A stretch of DNA of 64,000 nt, from contig JAJPID010000025.1 in assembly GCA_021324945.1 (NCBI GenBank), forward strand, positions 13,898 to 77,897. Direction: 5' to 3'. Shown here piece by piece: positions 9,983 through 19,112 of this stretch (position 1 is the first letter of the stretch; each line of letters opens with the position of its first letter). The notes under the pieces were generated by a model, which saw nothing but the letters and a program-made list of their open reading frames with translations, had not been told where the DNA came from and ran no database searches. The position numbers were made by a program, and so were the translations under genes. The stretch is from Lysobacterales bacterium (lineage in GTDB: Bacteria > Pseudomonadota > Gammaproteobacteria > Xanthomonadales > Rhodanobacteraceae).

Positions 9983-10730
9983 CGGTATCTGGCTTCTGGA
10001 CGGATCGGCTGATCTTACGCTTCACGATGGTTAGCCAGTCCTCAATGTCCTTGAGAGAGTCCGGACTCAAGAGCGCGGGCCATTCAATGGTCACAGCTCC
10101 TTCCTCGATTGAAAAAACATCTTGCCGCATAGGAGTCTCACTATTTGCAGACCGTCGCTGCATACCTCGCTGGGGTGACGGTTGCTGATCCGAATCAATA
10201 TTGGACGCGCCCGTTTCACTCTCATGACCATTAGGCGATTCACGCCCAGATGCGAGGTCATCATATAACTTCTTGGCTTCCGTGACCAGCTCCATTGTTT
10301 CACGATAGGCGCGGATGGGGGCGTCCACGGTGGAAGGCGAGAACCCGCGCTTCAGGAGGTAGGCACGTATGTTTTCATCACTAGGAACCGTTTCCCCGTA
10401 GTGTTCCTTGAGTTCTGAGAACAAGCTGGGGCTGAAAGCTGCGGCCACTACCAACTTCGCGCGATCCTTTGAATCCCTCGGTTCTACAAGGATCGCCAGA
10501 GCCTCAGGGCTTATCTTGAGCTGCTTACCTTCGTCCAAAAGCAGACCGTACTTCTTAAGCGCAGACAGCGCCGTAGCTGACGCGCCGTTTATACCGCTGT
10601 AGCCAAGGGCCTTGGCCATCACTTCGGGGTCTGCCTTATGCGTGTGCTCTTTCTCATAGATTTTCCGGGCGGCCTCAATCGAAGCCGGCAGACTCATTGC
10701 TGGGTAATTCGGACTGCGAACACGGGCCAT
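9957..10730 (-). CDS. IS cargo ORF, hypothetical protein (257 aa)
   Basis: ATG at 10730 has AGGAGA 7 nt upstream. The track ORF extends to 11036, but that extension has no SD. The product has a helical N-terminal ~150 aa (MARVRSPNYPAMSLPASIEAARKIYEKEH...), a Ser/Gln/Glu-rich linker and a ~45-aa C-terminal domain with an acidic tail. I recognise no family. Sampled 60-nt lines are ~45-50% GC. Confidence 0.65.
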   Translation of the reverse strand: MARVRSPNYPAMSLPASIEAARKIYEKEHTHKADPEVMAKALGYSGINGASATALSALKKYGLLLDEGKQLKISPEALAILVEPRDSKDRAKLVVAAAFSPSLFSELKEHYGETVPSDENIRAYLLKRGFSPSTVDAPIRAYRETMELVTEAKKLYDDLASGRESPNGHESETGASNIDSDQQPSPQRGMQRRSANSETPMRQDVFSIEEGAVTIEWPALLSPDSLKDIEDWLTIVKRKISRSVQKPDTDGKPETEE

Positions 10731-10759
10731 GACGGCGTCTCCTGTTTCTACGGAGACAG

Positions 10760-10789
10760 ACGATACAAGATATCCCAGTATCACGTCAA
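10760..10789 (-). promoter_or_regulatory. Candidate sigma70 promoter for the cargo ORF
   Basis: The minus strand reads TTGACG (10789-10784), N18, TATCGT (10765-10760). This lies 29 nt upstream of the ATG at 10730. Confidence 0.3.
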
Positions 10790-10823
10790 GGAGTCGCGAT
10801 ATTTCTCGCGTTAGTGACGATAG

Positions 10824-10852
10824 TTGACAACAGTTTATCGCGCGAGGAGAAT
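10824..10852 (+). promoter_or_regulatory. Candidate plus-strand promoter pointing toward the tRNA-like gene
   Basis: TTGACA (10824-10829), N17, GAGAAT (10847-10852). The -10 is weak and the region is AT-richer, so a chance match is possible. Confidence 0.2.
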
Positions 10853-10943
10853 GCACCCATGGTCGCAAGAGGCACCCGAATGAGGAGAGCTTGAGCCGCT
10901 GCATTCCGTCCAGCTTGGACGGCAGTGTCGCCGAGTGCAGCGG

Positions 10944-10984
10944 CCAAAAAGAAGGCCCGGCAAGCTGGCTAGAGCTTCCGGGCC
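10944..10984 (-). terminator. Rho-independent terminator (minus strand), probable transposase terminator
   Basis: The minus strand reads GGCCCGGAAGCT-ctagcc-AGCTTgCCGGGCC followed by TTCTTTTTGG. Located 130 nt downstream of the transposase stop. Confidence 0.55.
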
Positions 10985-11010
10985 GTGGTGACAAGCCGTC
11001 CACCTTGTGT

Positions 11011-11109
11011 GCCGACGTGGTGGAAATGGTAGACACGCGGACCTAGGAAGTCCGTGGGCGCCGTTGCTAGCGGAGTACGCCCGTGCCGGTTCGATCCTGG
11101 CCGTCGGCA
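11011..11109 (+). tRNA. tRNA-like gene: class II, Leu-like body, anticodon AGG by manual fold, 30-nt variable arm
   Basis: Acceptor stem GCCGACG/CGTCGGC is 7/7 paired, with discriminator A. U8 is present. The D arm GTGG-AAATGGTAGA-CAC is the Leu-type TGGTAGAC signature with G18G19. The anticodon stem CGGAC/GTCCG is 5/5 paired, with loop CTAGGAA (U33, A37). The variable arm GGGCGCCG-ttgctag-CGG-agta-CGCCC is 30 nt. The T arm is GCCGG-TTCGATC-CTGGC (T54 T55 C56 A58 C61 present). No CCA is encoded. The 3' end lies 4 nt from the convergent transposase stop. Confidence 0.55.
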
Positions 11110-11113
11110 GTTT

Positions 11114-12079
11114 TCATTCTACAGCAGAAGCAGGTGTGCGATACGTGAGCCGTTTCCCTTCTGCGGCCTGTATTGCGGCTGTCGTCCGTTCGCCATCTTC
11201 AAGATGGCGATTGTTGTAGCGGAACTCAAACTCAGCCATGTAGCGGTGCAAATGCTCCTTGCTGACCGCGTGGTAGATGCCATTGATCCCGCGCTTCACT
11301 ATCGAGAAGAACCCCTCTATGGTGTTGCTGTGAACGTCGCCGCGCACATATTCTCGGGCGCTGTGGCAAACGGTTTGGTGTCCACCCGCGAACTCCGCGC
11401 CGATACCCGTGTAGGCGCTGTTTTCGTCGGTGATGATGCGAGCCGACGCATGCACGTCCTCTCGGATGGCGTCCTTCAAGGTCTTGCCGGTCACGTTCGC
11501 GATAGGGCGCGTCTTGACCCGTCCGCCGCGCTCGACCATCGCCAGCACACACTGCTTCTTGGTGCCGCGCCCGCGCTTGCTGACGCCCTTGTAGCGCGGC
11601 TTGCCGCCCACATAAGTTTCATCCACCTCAACTTCACCGCCGAGAGGACCGACTACAGAATCCGCCATGGCGAACCGGATGCGGTGAAGCATGAAAAGTG
11701 AAGACTTGTAACTAAGCCCCGTCTGGCGATGAATCTCCAAGGCACTAACGCCCTTCTTTGAAGTGGCGGCGCGCCAGAACGCAAAGCACCAGTGGCGAAG
11801 CTCCGCGCGGCTATCTTCAAACACGGTGCCAGTCCGAACGGTGAATTGCTGGCTCGGATGCTTTTCGCGGCAGCGCCAACGATAATCGGCTTGACGCTCG
11901 CCAGTCCTGCTGTCGCGCATCTGGTACACGTTCAAGCTGCCGCAGCGCGGGCAGGCTGGATGCGCGCCCCAACGCTGCTTTTCCATGAACTCGACCGCTG
12001 CCGCTTCATCCGCGCACGCCAGAGGGATCGCTTCAAGCGTCGGATCGTTCTTCGTTGAGCGGTTTTGAACCTTTGCCAT
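11114..12079 (-). CDS. IS1595-family (ISXO2-like) DDE transposase
   Basis: 321 aa. ATG at 12079 has AGGAGA upstream. N-terminal zinc ribbon (CPRCGS...RWRCREKH). Catalytic-region motifs VEVDETYVGGK, IITDENSAY and HSNTIEGFFSIVKRGI..H..RY..EFEFRYN are typical of the IS1595/ISXO2 transposase domain. Confidence 0.9.
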   Translation of the reverse strand: MAKVQNRSTKNDPTLEAIPLACADEAAAVEFMEKQRWGAHPACPRCGSLNVYQMRDSRTGERQADYRWRCREKHPSQQFTVRTGTVFEDSRAELRHWCFAFWRAATSKKGVSALEIHRQTGLSYKSSLFMLHRIRFAMADSVVGPLGGEVEVDETYVGGKPRYKGVSKRGRGTKKQCVLAMVERGGRVKTRPIANVTGKTLKDAIREDVHASARIITDENSAYTGIGAEFAGGHQTVCHSAREYVRGDVHSNTIEGFFSIVKRGINGIYHAVSKEHLHRYMAEFEFRYNNRHLEDGERTTAAIQAAEGKRLTYRTPASAVE

Positions 12080-12108
12080 GACGTTCTCCTACCTTGGAGA
12101 ACATTTTA

Positions 12109-13531
<1,423 letters not shown>

Positions 13532-13584
13532 GGAGCAGGCTGCGTGCTAGCATTCCACCTCTTCCGCACGCTGACGGAACGCCG

Positions 13585-14730
13585 ATGCAGATCGAGACCA
13601 AGCTGCCGAAAGTCGGAACGACCATTTTCACCGTGATGAGTCAGCTCGCGCTGGAGCACAAGGCGGTGAATCTCGGGCAAGGTTTTCCGGATTTCGATCC
13701 GCCGCCGAACCTGCGCGACGCGCTGGCGCGCGCGATGAACGAGGGGCGCAATCAATATGCGCCGATGAGCGGTATTCCGAAATTGCGCGAACAGATCGCA
13801 CTGGCGACCGAGCGCGACTATGGCCGCCGCGTCAGCGCGGACACCGAGGTCACCGTGACATCCGGCGCGACCGAAGCGATCTTCGCCGCAATCGCAGCAA
13901 CCGTGCACGCGGGCGACGAGGTGATCGTGCTCGACCCCTGCTACGACTGCTACGAACCTGCGATCGCGCTGGCCCGCGCGCAAACCGTGCACGTACCACT
14001 GCGCCTGCCGGATTTCTCCGTGGACTGGCAGCGTGTGCGCGACGAAATCACGCCGAAGACGCGGCTGATTATCGTCAACACGCCGCACAATCCATCTGGC
14101 GCGATCTTCGAGCAACGCGATCTGGATACGCTGGCGGAAATCGCGACGCAACACGGCCTGTTGGTGTTGTCCGACGAAGTGTACGAACACATTGTTTTTG
14201 ATGGCGCGCAGCACATGAGCGTGCTGCGCAAACCGGAACTGGCCGAGCGAAGCCTGGTGGTGAGTTCCTTCGGCAAGACCTGGCACTGCACGGGATGGAA
14301 GGTCGGCTACTGTGTGGCGCCGAAACTGCTGACCGCGGAATTCCGCAAGGTGCATCAATATCTGACGTTCTGCACCTTCCAGCCGGCGCAATGGGCATTC
14401 GCGGAAGTGATGGAGAGCGACCCCCAGCACGTGGCAGATCTGGCGCCGTTCTATCAATCCAAGCGCGACCGTTTCCGCGAACTGCTTGCGGGCTCAAAAT
14501 TCAAATTGCCGCCCGTGCGCGGCAGTTACTTCCAGCTCGCGGACTATTCGGCCATCCGCGACACCGATGATCTGAATTTCTGCGAATGGCTGGTACGCGA
14601 AGCGGGCGTGGCGGCGATTCCGGTTTCCGCGTTCTATGAAACCGCGCCGGAGGCGAAGCTGATCCGCTTCTGCTTTGCCAAGAGCGATGAAACGCTGGTC
14701 GCGGCGGCGGAGCGCCTATGCAAGCTCTGA
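13585..14730 (+). CDS. ybdL: PLP-dependent aminotransferase, methionine/glutamine aminotransferase YbdL-like
   Basis: Start taken at MQIETKLPKVGTTIFTVMS, which aligns with the E. coli YbdL N-terminus (..KLPQLGTTIFTQMS). Conserved NLGQGFPDF, NQYAPM, SSFGKTWHCTGWKVGY and KVHQYLTF. The track start at 13201 overlaps the LysR gene and was rejected. Confidence 0.85.
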   Translation: MQIETKLPKVGTTIFTVMSQLALEHKAVNLGQGFPDFDPPPNLRDALARAMNEGRNQYAPMSGIPKLREQIALATERDYGRRVSADTEVTVTSGATEAIFAAIAATVHAGDEVIVLDPCYDCYEPAIALARAQTVHVPLRLPDFSVDWQRVRDEITPKTRLIIVNTPHNPSGAIFEQRDLDTLAEIATQHGLLVLSDEVYEHIVFDGAQHMSVLRKPELAERSLVVSSFGKTWHCTGWKVGYCVAPKLLTAEFRKVHQYLTFCTFQPAQWAFAEVMESDPQHVADLAPFYQSKRDRFRELLAGSKFKLPPVRGSYFQLADYSAIRDTDDLNFCEWLVREAGVAAIPVSAFYETAPEAKLIRFCFAKSDETLVAAAERLCKL

Positions 14731-15512
14731 ACGTTTCGCTGGTGCAGGGCAATACGCGCTGGCACGATCCAGCCGGCAATCGGGAATACTACGGTTCACT
14801 GATCGCGCCGCTGCACGGCCGCACCGATCTGATCGTGCTGCCGGAAACTTTCACCAGCGGTTTCTCCAACGAGGCGATCGCGCAAGCCGAAACGATGGAC
14901 GGGCCGACGGTCGCCTGGCTGCGCAAGCAGTCGAAAACACTGGATGCAGCGATCACCGGCAGTGTGCAGTTGCGTGCGGATGACAAAGTGTTCAATCGCT
15001 TGTTGTTCGTTACGCCTGACGGCGAAGTGCGGCATTACGACAAGCGGCATCTGTTCCGCTACGCCGATGAGCACAAGCGCTACGCGGCGGGGCGCGAGCG
15101 GCTGATCGTGCAATGGCGCGGCTGGAAGATCTGTCCGCTGGTCTGCTACGACCTGCGCTTTCCGGTGTACTCGCGCAACCGTCACAATCCGCAGCATGGT
15201 TTCGATTACGACCTCTTGATCTACGTCGCCAACTGGCCTTCGCCGCGCGCGTATGCCTGGAGCACCTTGTTGCGCGCGCGCGCAATCGAGAATCTCTGCT
15301 ACGTCGCCGCCGTCAATCGCGTCGGTGTCGATGGCAACGGCCATGAATACGCCGGCGCCAGCGCGGTGCTCGATTTTCTCGGCCAGCCGTTGTCACAGGA
15401 CAGCGATCAGGAACTGGTAACGACGACCACGCTATCCATGCCAGAACTCGCGGCTTATCGCGAGCGTTTTCCGGCGTGGATGGATGCGGACGCTTTTACA
15501 CTGAGCGACTGA
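14718..15512 (+). CDS. yafV: Carbon-nitrogen hydrolase, omega-amidase YafV-like
   Basis: 264 aa. LPETFTSGF, YDKRHLFRYADE, CPLVCYDLRFPV, YVANWPSPR and FPAWMDADAF closely match E. coli YafV. Overlaps the ybdL stop by 13 nt. Confidence 0.85.
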   Translation: MQALNVSLVQGNTRWHDPAGNREYYGSLIAPLHGRTDLIVLPETFTSGFSNEAIAQAETMDGPTVAWLRKQSKTLDAAITGSVQLRADDKVFNRLLFVTPDGEVRHYDKRHLFRYADEHKRYAAGRERLIVQWRGWKICPLVCYDLRFPVYSRNRHNPQHGFDYDLLIYVANWPSPRAYAWSTLLRARAIENLCYVAAVNRVGVDGNGHEYAGASAVLDFLGQPLSQDSDQELVTTTTLSMPELAAYRERFPAWMDADAFTLSD

Positions 15513-15866
15513 TTACAGAATCGTGAGCACCGCTTTCGGCGGTCTTCCGATCGCGGCCCTGCCGTTGGCGAACACGATCGGCCGCTGGATCAAGACCGAA
15601 TGTTTGGCCATCGCGGCGATCAACTGCCGGCGGGTGAGCTTCGGATCATCCAGCCCGAGGCGGGCGTATTCGGCTTCGTCGCGGCGCATCAGTTCGCGCG
15701 GCTCTAGTTTCAGCAGATCGAGAACACGCGAGAGTTCGCGCGCATCCGGCGGATGCCTCTGATAATCGACGACGATCGGCTCGATGCCGCGTTCGCGCAA
15801 CAGTTCCAGCGTGCCGCGCGATTTGGAACAGCGCGGGTTGTGCCAGATGGTGACTCGCGCGGCCAC
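15513..15866 (-). CDS. arsC: Arsenate reductase (glutaredoxin-type ArsC family)
   Basis: TIWHNPRCSKSRGTLELL...LIQRPIV...IGRPPKAVLTIL matches the ArsC/Spx fold. Start taken at GTG 15866, by N-terminal alignment to E. coli ArsC. The track start (GTG 15914) would overlap rluB. Confidence 0.75.
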   Translation of the reverse strand: MAARVTIWHNPRCSKSRGTLELLRERGIEPIVVDYQRHPPDARELSRVLDLLKLEPRELMRRDEAEYARLGLDDPKLTRRQLIAAMAKHSVLIQRPIVFANGRAAIGRPPKAVLTIL

Positions 15867-15867
15867 C

Positions 15868-17091
15868 TCAGCGGTCGCGGTGCGGACGGTTGCCACGATG
15901 CGGACCGCGGCCACGTCCTCCGTCGCGCGAACCGCCCGGCCCGGAGCCGCGAGCGTCGTTACGGTTTTCGCCGGCGAACCAGGTGCGCACCGAGGGCAGT
16001 TCCTGACCGGGTGCCACGCCGCGGCGTTTCTTCTTGCGTTTGCGTTGCGGAGTTTCCGGGCGCGCGATGTTGCCGTTCACTTCGCCGCGCGGCGGACCGC
16101 GTCGGCGCTTGCCACGGCCGGGCGCAAAATCATCCGGACGCACGCGGTCGAACGCGGTCAGTTCGCGCGCTTCGTGGTGGTGCACGCCGGTCCACGCCTT
16201 GGGCGCGTGTTCGGCGGGGCGCACCTCGGTGACCATGCGCCGCGCGTTGCGTTGATGCAGCACGGGTTTCAGGGTGAGCGTGGGTTGCGGCTCGCTGATG
16301 CCGGCCAATTCGCGCAGGTCGCGCACGCTTTCCGGCGACAGCATTTCGTGCGCGCCGGGCCGCAGGCTGCGTGGCAATTCGATGTTGCCGTAGCGGATGC
16401 GTTTTAACCGGCTGACTGGAAATCCCTGCGAATCCCAGAGACGCCGCACTTCGCGGTTACGACCTTCGTGCAGCACCACGCGGAACCATTGATGGCTGCC
16501 GTCGCCGCGGTTGACCACATGGATCTCGTCGAACTTCGCGGGACCGTCTTCGAGTTGCACACCGGCTTTCAACTTCGCCAGCGTTTCATCCGGCACTTCG
16601 CCGTGCACGCGGCAGAGGTATTCGCGCGCGATTTCATTGGACGGATGCATCAGCGCGTTGGCAAGTTCACCGTCGGTGGTCAGCAGCAGCAGCCCGGTGG
16701 TATTGGTGTCGAGGCGACCGACGGCGATCCAGCGCGCGCCACGCAAGTGCGGCAAATTCTCGAACACCGTCGGGCGCCCTTCGGGATCGTCTCGCGTTGT
16801 GAGCTCGCCCTCGGGCTTGTGATAGATCATCACCTCGGCCTCAAGGCGGCGTTCGCTTGCGACCACGAACTGCTTGCGATCGACCTCCACTCGATCGCCC
16901 GCGCGCACGCTGGAGCCGGTTTGCGCGGCCACGCCGTTGACCAGCACTTCACCTGCGGCGATGCGCTCTTCCAGCATGCGGCGCGAACCGAGGCCCGCGT
17001 TCGCCAGCACCTTGTGCAGGCGCTCTTCCAGTGCGCCACCGTTGGGCGCTTCGCTGCGTTTCAGGCTCAGCACGCCGCGGGGCGAGTTCAT
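15868..17091 (-). CDS. rluB: 23S rRNA pseudouridine synthase RluB
   Basis: ATG at 17091 overlaps the scpB stop (ATGA). S4 domain (ERLHKVLANAGLGSRR) plus RsuA/RluB catalytic motif (VGRLDTNTTGLLLLT). Long Arg/Gly/Lys-rich C-terminal tail. Confidence 0.9.
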   Translation of the reverse strand: MNSPRGVLSLKRSEAPNGGALEERLHKVLANAGLGSRRMLEERIAAGEVLVNGVAAQTGSSVRAGDRVEVDRKQFVVASERRLEAEVMIYHKPEGELTTRDDPEGRPTVFENLPHLRGARWIAVGRLDTNTTGLLLLTTDGELANALMHPSNEIAREYLCRVHGEVPDETLAKLKAGVQLEDGPAKFDEIHVVNRGDGSHQWFRVVLHEGRNREVRRLWDSQGFPVSRLKRIRYGNIELPRSLRPGAHEMLSPESVRDLRELAGISEPQPTLTLKPVLHQRNARRMVTEVRPAEHAPKAWTGVHHHEARELTAFDRVRPDDFAPGRGKRRRGPPRGEVNGNIARPETPQRKRKKKRRGVAPGQELPSVRTWFAGENRNDARGSGPGGSRDGGRGRGPHRGNRPHRDR

Positions 17092-17753
17092 GCGCGGTTC
17101 TCCGCACGCTCGATTTCTGTTGCAGTGTCGGCCATTTCGGATTCGCTCTGTGTGTCTTCGGGTTCGGCGTGTTGTACACCGTCGGTATCGACGCCGGCCA
17201 CCAGCGTCAGTTGCGGTTCGATGTCTTCCAGATCGCGGATTTCCGCCAATGTCGGCAACTGATCCAGGGATTTCAGATTGAAATAGTCGAGGAACATGCG
17301 AGTGGTGCCGAACAACGCCGGTTTGCCGGGCACGTCGCGATAACCGACCACGCGGATCCATTCGCGTTCTTCCAGCGTGCGCATGATGCTTTGCGCCACG
17401 GACACACCGCGGATCTGCTCGATCTCGCCACGCGTGATGGGCTGCCGGTAGGCGATCAATGCCAAAGTCTCTAGCAACGCGCGCGAATACTTCGTCTGCC
17501 GTTCCGTCCACAGCCGCGCGACCCATGGGTGCACTGCTTCGCGCACCTGGTAGCGGAAACCGGACGCCACTTCGACCAGTTCCACGCCGCGGCCCTCGCA
17601 TTCGCCCTGCAATGCGGTCAATGCCTGCGCCAGATCGGCATTGCTCACCGCTTCCTCTTCGGCGAACAGTGCGGCCAGCATCGGCAGCGTCAGCGGTTGC
17701 TGGGCAGCGAGCAGGGCGGCCTCGACGATGTTCTTCAATTTGTCCTGTTCCAC
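17088..17753 (-). CDS. scpB: Segregation and condensation protein B
   Basis: GTG at 17753 has GAGG 5 nt upstream and gives VEQDKLKNIVEAALLAAQQPLTL..., the typical ScpB N-terminus. The track start at 17885 (also GTG) adds 44 non-conserved residues. Confidence 0.8.
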   Translation of the reverse strand: MEQDKLKNIVEAALLAAQQPLTLPMLAALFAEEEAVSNADLAQALTALQGECEGRGVELVEVASGFRYQVREAVHPWVARLWTERQTKYSRALLETLALIAYRQPITRGEIEQIRGVSVAQSIMRTLEEREWIRVVGYRDVPGKPALFGTTRMFLDYFNLKSLDQLPTLAEIRDLEDIEPQLTLVAGVDTDGVQHAEPEDTQSESEMADTATEIERAENRA

Positions 17754-17901
17754 TTGCGCCTCATTTTGAGAGCTCTGAACGACTCCATACAGAATTTGCC
17801 TTGAACAGACTTGAATTGACGCACACCCGAATTCAAGCTCCGCAGCAGCACCTGAAAACAAAGGCGTGTTTGCTGCGTGCGGCACATCCCAAGTGCCGCA
17901 T

Positions 17902-17927
17902 GGAAACTCTGATGGATCAGAGTTTCC
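17902..17927. terminator. Perfect 12-bp palindromic hairpin abutting the scpA stop
   Basis: GGAAACTCTGAT-gg-ATCAGAGTTTCC. No U-tract, so function is uncertain (terminator, processing site or protein-binding site). Confidence 0.3.
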
Positions 17928-18790
17928 TAAGCTTCAGTCGCGCGCGCCTTCAAATAGATCGTCGCCAGTGGCTGTTCCTGCACGATCTCGATCAGCCGGT
18001 CCTTGGCCAGTTCCAGCAGCGACAGAAAAGTCACCACTACGCCCATGCGTCCTTCGCTCACATCGAACAACGACTCGAAACGATGGAACGCGCCGTCGTT
18101 CAGACTGCGCAGGACCTCGCCCATGCGCTGCCGCACCGACAGCGGTTCGCGCGCGACCGCGTGATGGCCGTACAGCTCAGCGCGCTTCAGCACGTCGCGC
18201 AACGCGAGCAGCATTTCGCGCAGGTCCACTGGCGGCGGCAACTTGACGACTTGCCGGTCCGGCACGAAAGCATTGGCGACATCGATGTCGCGCTCCAGCC
18301 GCGGCAGTGCATCGATGTCCTCCGCCGCCTTTTTGAAACGCTCGTACTCTTGCAAGCGCCGCACCAGCTCGGCGCGCGGGTCTTCCTCGGCGCCTTCCTC
18401 TGCCGGAGGCCGCGGCAGCAGCAGGCGTGACTTGATCTCGGCCAGGATCGCCGCCATCACCAGATATTCGGCCGCGAGCTCCAGCCGCAGCTCGCGCATC
18501 ACCTCGATGTATTCCATGTATTGCCGGGTGATCTCGGCGACCGGGATGTCGAGTATGTCCAGATTCTGCCGCCGGATCAGGTACAGCAACAGATCCAGCG
18601 GTCCCTCGAAAGCTTCGAGAATGACTTCCAGCGCATCCGGCGGGATGTACAAATCCTGTGGCATTTGCACGATCGGCTGGCCGCGCACCACCGCCAGCGG
18701 CATTTCCTGCTGCTGCGGCGTGTGCGAAGACGGGGCGATCAATTCGCCCGCTTGCGGCGCTGCGCTGGTCTGCGCTGATTCGGTGCTCAT
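17927..18790 (-). CDS. scpA: Segregation and condensation protein A
   Basis: 287 aa. FEGPLDLLLYLIRRQNLDILDIPVAEITRQY and LAAEYLVMAAILAEIKSRLLLP are characteristic ScpA motifs. Confidence 0.9.
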   Translation of the reverse strand: MSTESAQTSAAPQAGELIAPSSHTPQQQEMPLAVVRGQPIVQMPQDLYIPPDALEVILEAFEGPLDLLLYLIRRQNLDILDIPVAEITRQYMEYIEVMRELRLELAAEYLVMAAILAEIKSRLLLPRPPAEEGAEEDPRAELVRRLQEYERFKKAAEDIDALPRLERDIDVANAFVPDRQVVKLPPPVDLREMLLALRDVLKRAELYGHHAVAREPLSVRQRMGEVLRSLNDGAFHRFESLFDVSEGRMGVVVTFLSLLELAKDRLIEIVQEQPLATIYLKARATEA

Positions 18791-19112
18791 GCGGATGGTT
18801 CTGTCGGATCGCGCGGGCAGGAAAGATCACTTCCCGCGTGCGCGATCCGAGCGATCGCAAAACAATACGCCGAAATGGAAGTTCGGCAGGAGGCTTCGAC
18901 TGATCGGGCCGCATAGGCGGCGGGATGGAAGCGTGCGGGCGGCAGATGCCTGCGTACTGCCCCAATTGCCGCTCGCAGGAATAGGGTACGAGGATGCGGG
19001 GTGCAAGTCCAGTCGTGCATGGGGATGTAGCCGTGCAAGGCGCTTTGTTGGAAGTTTGCCACCCACCGCAAGGATGCCATCCGTGGCGGAAACGGTCCGC
19101 CAAGACGCCATC

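Noticed and set aside
11041-11050. Reading the tRNA-like anticodon as CUA (amber suppressor) or UAG (normal Leu).
   Set aside because: Either reading requires breaking the perfect 5-bp anticodon stem or a 9-nt loop with C33. The only fold with a 5-bp stem, a 7-nt loop and U33 gives anticodon AGG.
17902-17913. The 12-mer GGAAACTCTGAT also occurs at 27878-27889 (acnA upstream), which could suggest a repeat family.
   Set aside because: Exact 12-mer recurrences are expected by chance many times in 64 kb on two strands, and the flanks do not align convincingly.
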